A program made the translations under genes and the position numbers. From a virus, in the IMG/VR virus record IMGVR_UViG_3300029374_000001, positions 1-64,000 of that record: DNA of 64,000 nucleotides; one strand, written 5' to 3'. Shown one piece after another: positions 29,826 through 40,447 of the stretch (positions within the stretch are counted from its first letter, which is position 1; each line of letters begins with the position of its first letter). A model generated the notes under the pieces. That model made no database searches. It was not told where the DNA came from and saw only the letters and a program-made list of their open reading frames with translations.

Positions 29826-31445
29826 TTACTTTGACTTCTTTTTCTTTTTAGGTTCAGGAATAGGTAATTCCATACAAACCGCGTTAGAGTTGGATATAAA
29901 TCGTCTATTGGCTTTGGATTGCAATGCTTCATAATAATTCTCATTCAGGATAGTATCATCCTTGTCCCATGTTCTGGTAGTATAGTTAAATTTACTATTA
30001 GAAAATACTTCTTCTGTCATAGATGTCGCATACTTTTCAAAGATTTCTTTCTTTGCTTTATAGCATCCTTTGACTGCATCAAAGCCTACATCTACAAAAT
30101 CTATATACGTCGTATCTTTGTCTCTGGTTCTGCCTAAAGATTGTCTAGCTATGACTTTAGATTTAAATACTTCTCCTAAGACCATAGTCATCTTTAATCC
30201 TTTAATATCAATAGCGGCTCCACAAGATTTAGTTGTAGATAAAATAATCATCTTATCCAACTGTTGTTCTTTTTCTATCTTGTTAGTAATTAGAGTGGTA
30301 TAGATTCCTACTTGATCTTTGAGTTCGGGATAATTTTCTATAATCCAATCGTATACAGTCTGTATAGCTCGATTGGTACCAATATAGATCAACGTTTTTC
30401 CTGTTCTGAAGATCATTTCCATAGCTATGGTCAAGATCTTATAGAACTGCTCATTCTTAATCAAATATGAACAGTATCTATTTCGATCAAATCCATATCG
30501 ATTGGTACAATATCGCTCTTGCCCTGGAGTAGGATAAGTATTGTATAATACAGAGATATATCTGGTTCGAGGATCTCTATCTTTATCAAACAGATCTATC
30601 TTAGGTACATTTAAGAAAGTTTCTTGATATATTCTGTCTTCTTCTCTATCTGAACGAAATGGTGTAGCGGTCAGATAGAGTGTCTTATATGTATTGGTAA
30701 AGAAATCAATCTTCCAAATATTATCAAAATCCAAATGAGCCTCATCATAGATCTTAATACCTACTCTAATCTTCTCAAATAAATCTCCTACCTTATCCCA
30801 TCCATAATTAGATGCATAAGAATGAAGAGTTTGATGAGAAGCCAAGAAGTATTTTACTTTAGAGATATTGACCATATTATTCAATATCATAGCAATACTG
30901 CCACTTCCTACAATAGGATAGATTTCTGTAGGAGAACAATCAGTATATTCCATAATACGATCTCTCCACTGTTCAATCCATCCCAAAGAAGAAGTGATCA
31001 TAATAGATCTCATTCCCATCATAGCAGAGCAGCATATTGTTACATATGTTTTACCTGCTCCTGTATTTAGGTTGACTCCTAATTGAGAATATGGTTTGGT
31101 CTCTTGATGCATTCCTTCTCCCAAGATAAATTGTATAGCTTCTCGCTGTACATCGTCTCTTGGTTTATAGCTCAATCGGAATGGGATATTGGTATCATAT
31201 GGGTCTACATTTGGACTGTATTCACATTCTGTTTTAAACAATCTTTCTAAAGAAGAAATATCCATTCCTCTGGGTAAAGTTAATATATGATTTTCTTCAT
31301 CATACATAATTGCTTTATAGGTACCTGCTGCAGGATCCAGTTTATCTGGCACCTGAAAGAACGTTTCCAGGTCTGTTTGGGAACCCTGAATATAGCCAAA
31401 CACTTTTATACACGTTCTAAAGGCTACTATACGGACCCCACTCAT
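29826..31445 (-). CDS. SF2 DEAH-box DNA helicase (UvsW-like)
   Basis: Walker A NTGAGKTY. Motif II KIYDEAHLDF. Motif VI ARQSLGRTRD. Confidence 0.75.
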   Translation of the reverse strand: MSGVRIVAFRTCIKVFGYIQGSQTDLETFFQVPDKLDPAAGTYKAIMYDEENHILTLPRGMDISSLERLFKTECEYSPNVDPYDTNIPFRLSYKPRDDVQREAIQFILGEGMHQETKPYSQLGVNLNTGAGKTYVTICCSAMMGMRSIMITSSLGWIEQWRDRIMEYTDCSPTEIYPIVGSGSIAMILNNMVNISKVKYFLASHQTLHSYASNYGWDKVGDLFEKIRVGIKIYDEAHLDFDNIWKIDFFTNTYKTLYLTATPFRSDREEDRIYQETFLNVPKIDLFDKDRDPRTRYISVLYNTYPTPGQERYCTNRYGFDRNRYCSYLIKNEQFYKILTIAMEMIFRTGKTLIYIGTNRAIQTVYDWIIENYPELKDQVGIYTTLITNKIEKEQQLDKMIILSTTKSCGAAIDIKGLKMTMVLGEVFKSKVIARQSLGRTRDKDTTYIDFVDVGFDAVKGCYKAKKEIFEKYATSMTEEVFSNSKFNYTTRTWDKDDTILNENYYEALQSKANRRFISNSNAVCMELPIPEPKKKKKSK

Positions 31446-31738
31446 AATTTAGCTCCTAAGCCCAATATTTGAAAATAGATATTATTCAGATACCAAACAA
31501 ACTGATCATCTTTGATAGTCTCTGGCATAAAGTTAATATAAATTAATAACTCTCTTATCAAATATACAATAGGTCCAGTAGCTGCCCACAATACAAAAAT
31601 CTTTAAAGCAAGCATACACAAGAACCATAGTGTGCCGGTACTCTTTATTGGGTACCATATGATAATCTTACCAACGAACACAATAGTCAGCATAACAATG
31701 ATACACTGAATAATAGACATTGATAAATTTTCTATCAT
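31442..31738 (-). CDS. small integral membrane protein (2-3 predicted TM helices)
   Basis: Hydrophobic stretches IIQCIIVMLTIVFVG and LWFLCMLALKIFVLWAATGPIVYLI. Its stop overlaps the helicase ATG (ATGA). Confidence 0.5.
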   Translation of the reverse strand: MIENLSMSIIQCIIVMLTIVFVGKIIIWYPIKSTGTLWFLCMLALKIFVLWAATGPIVYLIRELLIYINFMPETIKDDQFVWYLNNIYFQILGLGAKL

Positions 31739-31749
31739 AGATATGCCTC

Positions 31750-33861
31750 CTATTCTTTAGGAACCTCAAATACAGCATCAATTAATTCTCTCTTCTTAGG
31801 AGCTTTAACATGATTGGATAAGAAGTCTTGTGGCCTTTCCATAAAGAACAAATCCATCAAAGATGGCTGTGTCTTTTCAAAAGACAATGGATAACATAAT
31901 GCATCATTCAATTTCTGATAAATCAGAGAATTGATAATGCTGGGATTATCTTTCAAAGCTTGATCCAATGTTAAGATCTGATATTCTTCTCCAGGATTCT
32001 CCCATTCTGGTAAGCGCAATCTAGTTCTTGTAGAACGAATCTGATTCATCAGAATAACTTCCAGATGAACCGATTGAATAGTCAACTTACCTTTGATAAT
32101 GAGTTGAACCAATCTCTGTAGAAGAGAGTCTTTGTCGTAGTCAATCTCTCCTATACTACTCTTCTTATTGATCAGCTTCTCAATATCTTTCAGATTCTTA
32201 CCAATATCATTATTCAATATCTGGATGAAGAAGATATTCATCATACTGTCTTCATCGACCAGATCTTTCAGATATACTAAATATTGATCATCTTCTGTTA
32301 GTTCTGCTTTTGTAGTCAGATATGTATTAAACTCTTCCGTCAAATACATTTCTGTATCTTCTGCAGATTTAATAGTGTACCGATCGCCTTTTTTATCCAC
32401 CAATATGAATTCCGTAATATATTTATCCAATGAAGTCTTCTGATCTTCCATACTATCTACATAAGAATCATCAGAATCTGAATAAATAGTGTTGGTGTCT
32501 ATAAGAATATATGCTCCGTGCGTATCTTCTTTTGGAGATATAGAGTTTACATCAATTTCAAAATACTTATCAAATGGAGCAGCCCAATTGAATTTTTCTA
32601 TCACCGTTTCCAACAAGTGCTTTGCTGATAACTGCTTCTGTGTTAGCTGTGCAGATAGTATTTCAGAAGCTAATTTACCAGGGCGAATGTTCCGATTGAT
32701 ATAAGCTAACTCTCCATAACATCTTCTGCATATCCCATGCCCATGCGCTGCACTAGCACAAGTCATAGGAGAATATAAATAAATTGTTTTGCCTATCAGA
32801 TACGTATCTTTCTTAGCGTTAATTAAGTAATCCATTCCATCTGGATCTAGTTTATAATATCGTCCATCTAACATGGATAAGAACTTTTTGTTTTCTACTA
32901 AGATTGTTTGGAAATTGGATGTATTGCAACAATAGTCCATATCCTGGTTTAACATGGTATCCATATTATTGACACCAATAATACGAGCAAATGTACCCGA
33001 CTTGCCAGTATTCTTTTTTGTTTGAATCTGAGCGACTCTGGAAGATGCAGAATCTACAAACTGAGCAGCTACTGTATCCAATCCACCCATAATATAAGAC
33101 TTATCGATAACGTATGGATGAACTCCACCCTGTCCATTTGGTTTAGAACCAATATTAATTGCGAATTCTTTATACTGTCGTTTATTGATACCTTCCCCAG
33201 TCATAAAAGAATTCTTCATACAATGATCATGTCCTAAATACTTCTCAGATTCTTCAATAATTTCTATGCTATCTTCTGCTTTCTTTAATCCATCGTCTTT
33301 AACATCTTCTATCTTCGAATCCGATACAGATGTGTGGATTAATTCGTTAAACTCTTTCACCCTAGACATTAAGTCTATGGTGTCTTTTAAGTTGATTGTA
33401 TTGGATATATACATGGAAAAGAGATCAATATCTTTGAACTTATATAACGTATCATCTAAGATATTATTCAATTCTGTTGGAGATACGATTCTTTTGATCT
33501 TATCAATATAATGATCTAAATAATCTTTAATGGCATTTTGTGTCATAGCCTCAGGGAAGAACAACGCCTCTCCGCTGATAGGCTGGTTAGACCGTACAAC
33601 AATATACCACATCATAATATTAAAATATAAATCGAAAACTGATAACTGTATTATTCCATCATTTACCAGTTCTACATCAATCATAAAATTTTGTACTTCT
33701 TCTAATTCTATCCCATCTTTCATCAGATTTAATATTCCCTCATAATAATCTGACCAATTTGATGAGTTAATTTCGGATGTTTTAATATGACAACGTCCAT
33801 GAGTTGCCAAACTTGCAAACATGTAATAATTTTGTAAGTTTGATAATTGCGGATTAGACAT
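31750..33861 (-). CDS. multisubunit RNA polymerase beta-prime subunit, C-terminal fragment (bridge helix and trigger loop)
   Basis: [39 protein letters not shown] resembles RpoC [84 protein letters not shown] resembles RpoC [46 protein letters not shown]. No NADFDGD motif, so the N-terminal half is encoded elsewhere. Confidence 0.85.
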   Translation of the reverse strand: [703 protein letters not shown]

Positions 33862-34057
33862 CAGATTTTCTCTCCTATCATATTTTTACACATTTTCTAT
33901 GATACGTCCCTCGTAAAATCTTGTCAGTTATTTCATTTCATCTTCTTAAACTCCTTTTCTATAATTCGTTTACTTTCTGAGAACTCTTAATAAAAAGTTC
34001 CATTCTAAATCAATCTCGATTATATAATATATATTTGAATAAAAATATAAAAAGAGA

Positions 34058-34083
34058 GGTAGAGACTCATATGAGTCTCTACC
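34058..34083. terminator. GGTAGAGACTCatatGAGTCTCTACC with A/T-rich flanks
   Basis: 11-bp perfect stem. Confidence 0.5.
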
Positions 34084-34185
34084 AAAAGTCATAGCATATC
34101 AAAAGATTGTTTAAAAGATAAGAAGAACACAGCTGTGTGAAAACCAGTGTTCAAATAAAATCAAATAGAATATAAAATAAACATA

Positions 34186-34605
34186 TTAAGACGTAAAGTT
34201 CGTCTTGGAATAATATCTCGGATTGGTTTTAAGAATAGCCTTCTGGGCTTTGATAACATCACGTTTAACGTTGTTGCCATAACGGCGTACAATGTTAGCA
34301 ATAGCCTGCTTCTTAAGCATATGAGCTTTCTTCAAACGTTTCCAGTCAGCAGAATTAGACTCTTTGGCTTTCTGCATAGCAGCCAGCGTAATACGTCTAT
34401 TATAATCGTCAGTTCTGGAAAGACGGACGATTGTACGACGATTAACTGCTCCGCCTTCAACAAGAGCTTTAACTTCTGCGCTTTCCAAATACTGTACACG
34501 TTCTTCATCATCCATATGATTAACAAGATCAACAAACATTGATTCCAAGAGAGCGCCCATATCCTGGACTCCATCTCTCTCATTTTCATTATCGAGGAAT
34601 GACAC
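34186..34605 (-). CDS. hypothetical protein
   Basis: 139-aa ORF. Confidence 0.45.
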   Translation of the reverse strand: MSFLDNENERDGVQDMGALLESMFVDLVNHMDDEERVQYLESAEVKALVEGGAVNRRTIVRLSRTDDYNRRITLAAMQKAKESNSADWKRLKKAHMLKKQAIANIVRRYGNNVKRDVIKAQKAILKTNPRYYSKTNFTS

Positions 34606-34748
34606 AGTATTTCACCTCCATTAGTGTTTTCAACATTCTTAATACATGACCACAATAAAATGTAGTTTAAATAAATGTTCTTATAATTGAATTAAAAAAT
34701 GATTTATTATAACACACTCCAATACATAGAGAAGAAAGGAGATATATA

Positions 34749-35179
34749 ATGAAACCTAGTCAAAGTATTGCTTTTCAAGATTATAAAGATACAATGAGAA
34801 GAAACATCAGATATTTATTTCCTCAATTAAGTAGTGACGAGTTGGAACGAGCTATAGAATATTCCATAAATAAGAGAATTATAAACTCAGCTTGTCAACT
34901 GAATGACACATATAAGAATGCTGTATATAATACTAATATGTTAGAATTAACAGAGTATATCATGCATGATCGACCAATACTGACATCCTTCGGATGTCTA
35001 TTTCATAGGCATGGAGATATAGATAATCCATTATACATGATGATACAAGAATTTGCAGATAGACGTAACAGATTTAAGAAAGAAATGCTAAAGCATAAAA
35101 AAGGTAGTGAGCAATATAAACATTTTGACTTAGCTCAAGCCGTCGCTAAGGTGGATGTCAATGCTGAAACAAACGCATT
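34749..35179 (+). CDS. family-B DNA polymerase part 2, exon 1. Ends in the first half of motif B, ...AKVDVNA(F)
   Basis: AAGGAGAT RBS then ATG. The C-terminal RRNRFKKEMLKHKKGSEQYKHFDLAQAVAKVDVNAETNAF corresponds to the pre-motif-B region. K-VDV-NA corresponds to K-xxx-NS of KxxxNSxYG. The frame is closed by a TAA at 35181, which lies inside the intron. Confidence 0.75.
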
Positions 35180-35605
35180 CTAATGCGTTTGGGATAGGCC
35201 TCTTTATAAAGTAATTTATAGAGAGAATCCTGGTGAATTGCTGGAAACCGGTAAAGATCTGATAACTACAATATATTTTTAATATATGAATGTGACGAAA
35301 GTCAGAAACAATATCAGATATAACCTAAGCTGAAATAAAAGAGTAGTATATATGAAATTCTTACTTATTTAAAAGAATATATATATTATTTGCTAAGGGT
35401 ATAATAAGAAAATCCGCAATCAGCAGCGAAGCTTCTATATATTATAGAAGAACGTTCAACGACTATTATGTAGAGTACAAGCGTATTCGAAGTGCCAGGC
35501 TCCAATATAATATTGGATGAAGATATAGTCTGTCCATGTATGAGAGTACATGAAGTTCATAAGAGAACTGGGTAGATGTAGCGAATCTATTCGAACACAT
35601 GAGAT
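35180..35605 (+). ncRNA. group I self-splicing intron with no ORF. Boundaries are accurate to only a few nucleotides.
   Basis: Core elements readable in the sequence: P-like GAATTGCTGGAAACCGG, Q-like AATCCGCAATCAGCAGC, R-like GTTCAACGACTAT, S-like GAAGATATAGTCTGTCC (consensus AAGAUAUAGUCC). A P1-type hairpin AACGCATTctAATGCGTT spans the exon1/intron junction. Splicing restores KVDVNA(F/I)YGAMGQ, matching T4 KIKINSLYGALGN. Confidence 0.8.
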
Positions 35606-37352
35606 CTACGGCGCTATGGGGCAACCATCTTCTATATTTTATAACTTTGAAGTGGCAGCTTCCATTACCAGACAAGGAAGAGCTTCTATTGCAGCATCTA
35701 TTATGCTCTTTGAGTCTTTCTTAGCTAACAATATTAAATTTGGATCTTTGAACGAAGTGATTATGTTCATTGATCATATTGTATTAATGAAACCAACTAG
35801 ACAATATGAAGACCATCGAATCTTAGATAGAGATGTCTCTATCCAAGAAGTCTTTGATAAACTAATGAGTTCTTGTGGATATCGATGGAAACCAGATCAT
35901 ACAGAAGCCAATATTATCTGGAAAATTTTACATCAATTATCCCAATTTCATTTAAACAGACTCTATTATAAAAATAATATCTATGCTTTCTTTAATAATA
36001 CCGCACCCAAAGACTTCTTATTGGAGTTATTATATTCTTTGGATTCTCCATTTATCGATCCCAATTCTCCACCACCAATGATTAAGGCTAATTTGGATGT
36101 ATTGGTAGATATGGTCAAAGAGTATATTTATTATCCATATCAGATCATCGATAAAATAGAACGAGTAGAAACATTGTATCGTCAAATCGATTTAGTAACC
36201 GATACAGATTCTTGTATTATTTGTTTAAATCCATGGTATGAATATGTAGCCAATCTAACCAAAGATCTGGATATCGATCTGAAACATTATGAATTGGATA
36301 TAATTGGATTGTTGAATAAAGAAAATCCCAATGATGCATCTGATTTGAAAGAAGAAAGTAAAACAGAATATATCTACGATTTTAGAAATAAAGAAATTTT
36401 GGAAAGAAAACGATTAGTAGATCCATTTAAAATTATTCCAGAAGACGCTATGAGATATAGCATCATCAATATACTGGCATATATCATTAGTAAGCTATTA
36501 CGAGATTACTTCGATCGTATAAGCATTAAGAATAATGTAACTAATGATGCTCATAATTTTTGTTTGATGAATATGAAGAACGAATTCTTATTCTTACGGA
36601 TGTTATTGTCCGATGCTAAGAAGCATTATGCGTCTATTGTAGAACTTCAGGAAGGTCATAAAGTTCCCTTAGATAAGCAATTAGATATTAAAGGATTACA
36701 GATTGATAAGTCTGTTGTACCAGAATCTACTAAAGAAGCTCTTGGAAATATTTTACATGAAGATGTATTACGACCAAATTATATTGATCAAATGAAGATC
36801 ATCAATAAATTGGCTGTTCTGGAAAAGACCATCTATGATGATATCTATAATGGCGGATTGAAATACTATAGTCCTAAAAAGCTTAAACCATTTGTTACAT
36901 ATAAGAATCCAATGAGTACACAGCAGGTTAAAGCTTCTATTGTTTATAACTTATTTAGAGATGAAGATGAGGCATATATCAATATTGATGAAAATAATTC
37001 TGTATTGATTATTGGAGTTAATATTGATGCTCATTCATTAGAATCTTGTAAACTAAAAGAATCGGATCCTGAGAAATATGAAATCATGAGAAAGATTATT
37101 TATGAGAATCCAGTAATTGAAGTTTCTCAGAATAAAATTGCTGTGAAGATATTCAATGATAATCTAGCTCTAAATAGTCGAAAAATTACTAGTATAGCTA
37201 TTCCTAGAGATAGTCAAACACCTAAATGGATACTAGAGTTTATTGATTATGCCAGCATAGTTAAAGATAATATCGGTACCTTCCCATTGAAGAGTATTGG
37301 TATTACTAAGCTAGATACGAACAGTGCGTACAGTGGCATTATCAATCTATAA
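35606..37352 (+). CDS. family-B DNA polymerase part 2, exon 2 (motif B second half, motif C, KKxY, thumb)
   Basis: YGAMGQPSSIFYNFEVAASITRQGR resembles T4 [25 protein letters not shown]. Motif C is YRQIDLVTDTDSCI. AKKHYASIV corresponds to KKRY. The ORF-track start at 35550 is an internal Met within intron and exon sequence. Confidence 0.8.
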
Positions 37353-37361
37353 GGAGAAAAT

Positions 37362-37916
37362 ATGTTTACAAATAATGAAAAAGAAATTTTAAGAACAATA
37401 ATCAAAGATTGTAAGAAAGCTAATATTTCAAGATCTGCTATATTTGAATTTCTAAAATGGTATTTGTTTGTCGATTATACTTGTAATAATATAGATAGTT
37501 TTATTATGCGGTTCCATAAGTTGTCTTCTATAGATTTCAGTATATTCAATACTGATATTCTTAGAACAATAGCTGTTCATGTATCTCAATTCTTTATAAA
37601 TTCTTATATAATAGCAAATGCTATGGAATCTATTCTGAAAATAGGTGAACCAATATCAACAAAGCAAGTAATAAATACATATCATGAATTCATTGATAAA
37701 ATTAATCATAATCAGAAGATTCCAGTTATTGCTATAATTCACAATAAGCCTACAAATCAGCATACATATATAGTATTAAATAATATATCCGATGATTGCG
37801 ATTCTATTGAAGATTTGGATCTTTCTGACAACGCATTATCTTTTACTATCAATTTTATCAAAGATCATTATAACGATATTCAATCTAAGATAGACGAAAT
37901 ACAAAAAGCATATTAA
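37362..37916 (+). CDS. hypothetical protein
   Basis: 184-aa ORF with RBS AAGGAGAA. Confidence 0.5.
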   Translation: MFTNNEKEILRTIIKDCKKANISRSAIFEFLKWYLFVDYTCNNIDSFIMRFHKLSSIDFSIFNTDILRTIAVHVSQFFINSYIIANAMESILKIGEPISTKQVINTYHEFIDKINHNQKIPVIAIIHNKPTNQHTYIVLNNISDDCDSIEDLDLSDNALSFTINFIKDHYNDIQSKIDEIQKAY

Positions 37917-37928
37917 TTTGTATCATTA

Positions 37929-37960
37929 TAATCCATAGACTCATATGAGTCTATGGATTA
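37929..37960. terminator. TAATCCATAGACTCatatGAGTCTATGGATTA, followed by T8 on plus and convergent with the minus gene
   Basis: 14-bp perfect stem. Confidence 0.6.
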
Positions 37961-37975
37961 TATGTGTAATTTTTT

Positions 37976-38410
37976 TTAATGATTATCTTTTTTATTTTTA
38001 ATTTCTTCTAAAAGTTTACGAGCACGTTCTCTAGCCTTAGGTAAATTCTTATTAATGAAATCATCATACTTTTTAATTTTGGGATCATTTTGCAATCCTT
38101 GACGTACTCTATCATGCCCACTTTTGAAATGAGATACAATTCGATTATACTCCGTATCATCATGCCGACGGGTTTTATCGTTTGTATGTTTCTCAGAGTT
38201 ATGTTTCGCTTCGTCTTCTATTTTACGAACGTTCCGATTAAAAATAGATCTTGCATTATCTTTAAGAGTAGACTCATCAGCTTCCATATATACATTACAT
38301 TCATCTTCTAATGAATATTCATTAGATTCTAACATACTTTCTAATTCATCACATGCATTATTATATCCTTCTATATAAGCTTGTTCTAAATCTTCTTTTG
38401 TATATAACAT
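37976..38410 (-). CDS. hypothetical basic protein carrying the shared module LESNEYSLEDECNVYME
   Basis: 144-aa ORF. Nucleotides 38284..38332 are near-identical to 40510..40558. Confidence 0.45.
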   Translation of the reverse strand: MLYTKEDLEQAYIEGYNNACDELESMLESNEYSLEDECNVYMEADESTLKDNARSIFNRNVRKIEDEAKHNSEKHTNDKTRRHDDTEYNRIVSHFKSGHDRVRQGLQNDPKIKKYDDFINKNLPKARERARKLLEEIKNKKDNH

Positions 38411-38604
38411 AGTTTAATATACCTCCTATAATATGATGATTATTATGATGTATAAAAAAAAAGAATAATCAAATAATCCATAATATTTTATTAAAAAAGA
38501 ATATTTATTGTTAAAATGGAATCTATCTTTTTTTCAATTATATATTATATAGGTGTAATAACCATAATAAATTTACATTTATTTTTAAAAGGAGGATAAT
38601 TATT

Positions 38605-39024
38605 ATGGATAATAAAACACTTATTACAAAACTCTTGGCAGACAAAACGGTTCAGCAAGGATTAGAAGTATTTATCAAAGCCAAATCATTATTTAATTTG
38701 CTTGATATAGAAATTAATCCATTTGATCGATATGTAAAAAAATATATACATATCGATTCGCTAACCAATGGTTTGAATGAAAATCAGATATTTAATCTGA
38801 AAAACAGAATATTTGAATTTATTATTAATCATCGAGACGATAAAAAGGATATTGAATTGAATGCGATAGCAGGAGATAATAATAACTTTATTCTTGAAGG
38901 AGAAAATAAGAAATTCTACGTATTCTACAACATTGGGTCAGAGCCAAGAGTAACAGTAACCAGCAGTAAAACGGATGCATTTGAAATTATGCGGAAAAAA
39001 CCATCTTTACTGATAGGTTACTAA
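38605..39024 (+). CDS. hypothetical protein
   Basis: 139-aa ORF with AAAGGAGG RBS, followed by the terminator GAAGGGTAtaTACCCTTC plus T-run (39033..39050). Confidence 0.5.
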   Translation: MDNKTLITKLLADKTVQQGLEVFIKAKSLFNLLDIEINPFDRYVKKYIHIDSLTNGLNENQIFNLKNRIFEFIINHRDDKKDIELNAIAGDNNNFILEGENKKFYVFYNIGSEPRVTVTSSKTDAFEIMRKKPSLLIGY

Positions 39025-39070
39025 AAATAAAAGAAGGGTATATACCCTTCTTTTATTTTTTATAAAAAAT

Positions 39071-39100
39071 ATATCCAGAGGTTATATAACCTCTGGATAT
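39071..39100 (-). terminator. ATATCCAGAGGTTAtaTAACCTCTGGATAT followed by a T-run in minus sense
   Basis: 14-bp stem downstream of 39113..40234. Confidence 0.55.
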
Positions 39101-39112
39101 ATAATAAACACA

Positions 39113-40234
39113 TTATACTATAGTAATATCTACACTTTCATCGTGACTCTTTACAGCATATGCAGCTCTACGTTTCAGACCTTTAAGAGTTGCACCAAGA
39201 GCAGACTTATATACACTCATAAGAGTAGATGCGATAGCCTGTCCAACGGTTGCTACAGCGCTATGAATAATGGTCAACCCAGAACTAATGTATTTAAAAA
39301 GAACACTCAGAGTCTTATTAATTCCAGCTTTAATATTCTTCTGTCCTTCTTTTTTAATTCCAAGAAGTTCTTTAGTTTTCTTTTCAACGACTTTCTGGAT
39401 TTCATTTACATTCTTAAGATCCCAACTATGAAGTTTCATAACGCCATCATAGGCTTTATCAAGATTCTTCAAAAGATCATTAGAATAAATCTCTTTGAAA
39501 TTCTTTTCGGATGGAGCAATCGTTTTCTTTTCAATGAGTTTTTCTTTTAACTCAGAGATAAAGTTCTTTCCATCCAACCCCGGGAAGAAACGCTCATAAA
39601 CCAGTTGTCTAATATCATCAGAACCAATATTCTGTTTAACAATATCCATCACATCAGAAATTGCCTGGTTATTTGAATTGTTGCTAGCAGTTTTAAATGC
39701 CGCTTTAGCAGTAGCTTTAGCTTCGTCAGGAATAGAATCTTTCGGAATCGAATTCAAAATCTGTTCAACAATAGCCGGGGTAATTTTAACACCCTTTGGA
39801 ACGTCAGGAATATTTGCAATAAGTTTTGCAACATTTGCTGCGTTAAGGCCATTATATTCGATTTTTTCGTTTTCCATTTTCTTAGCATTAGTATGATTCT
39901 TAACGAATTCACCAATAGTTTTGAAAGCTTTAGCGGCGGCCATTGTTAATTTGCGACGAAGCATCATGAAGAATGCTTTAACTTTTGCCAAAACTTTTTT
40001 AATCAGTTCAAGAATCCAGTTGAAGAACTGCTTAATACGTTTCCAAATAGCATCAAATGCATCGCCAATAACATTTTCCTGCTGAACGCTCAGTTCACCA
40101 TATTCGATGCCTTCTTCAAGAGCAATCAGATTATGTGTGGATTCAACAACCATAGCCATAGCACCATCAGTACCTTCATAGCTGAAGTCCGGTTCTACAG
40201 CTTCTACGAATGATCTAATTTCATCATCGTACAT
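39113..40234 (-). CDS. hypothetical alpha-helical, Lys/Ala-rich protein (373 aa), possibly an internal virion or scaffold protein
   Basis: ORF and composition only. Confidence 0.45.
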   Translation of the reverse strand: MYDDEIRSFVEAVEPDFSYEGTDGAMAMVVESTHNLIALEEGIEYGELSVQQENVIGDAFDAIWKRIKQFFNWILELIKKVLAKVKAFFMMLRRKLTMAAAKAFKTIGEFVKNHTNAKKMENEKIEYNGLNAANVAKLIANIPDVPKGVKITPAIVEQILNSIPKDSIPDEAKATAKAAFKTASNNSNNQAISDVMDIVKQNIGSDDIRQLVYERFFPGLDGKNFISELKEKLIEKKTIAPSEKNFKEIYSNDLLKNLDKAYDGVMKLHSWDLKNVNEIQKVVEKKTKELLGIKKEGQKNIKAGINKTLSVLFKYISSGLTIIHSAVATVGQAIASTLMSVYKSALGATLKGLKRRAAYAVKSHDESVDITIV

Positions 40235-40447
40235 GTTAACTTTCCTCCAATCATTTTAGTATTCTTCATATAGAAGAAATTTAGAGAATTTTTAGTATAT
40301 TCATAGAATATACCAGAATAAAATAGTTAGATCTATAAATAGATCAAATTATATTATACTAATTACTCACTCAGATTGGGGATGAATGAATATCTTCGTA
40401 AATAATTATCTAATATACTTAAGTGTTATCTATATAAATTAAGATTC

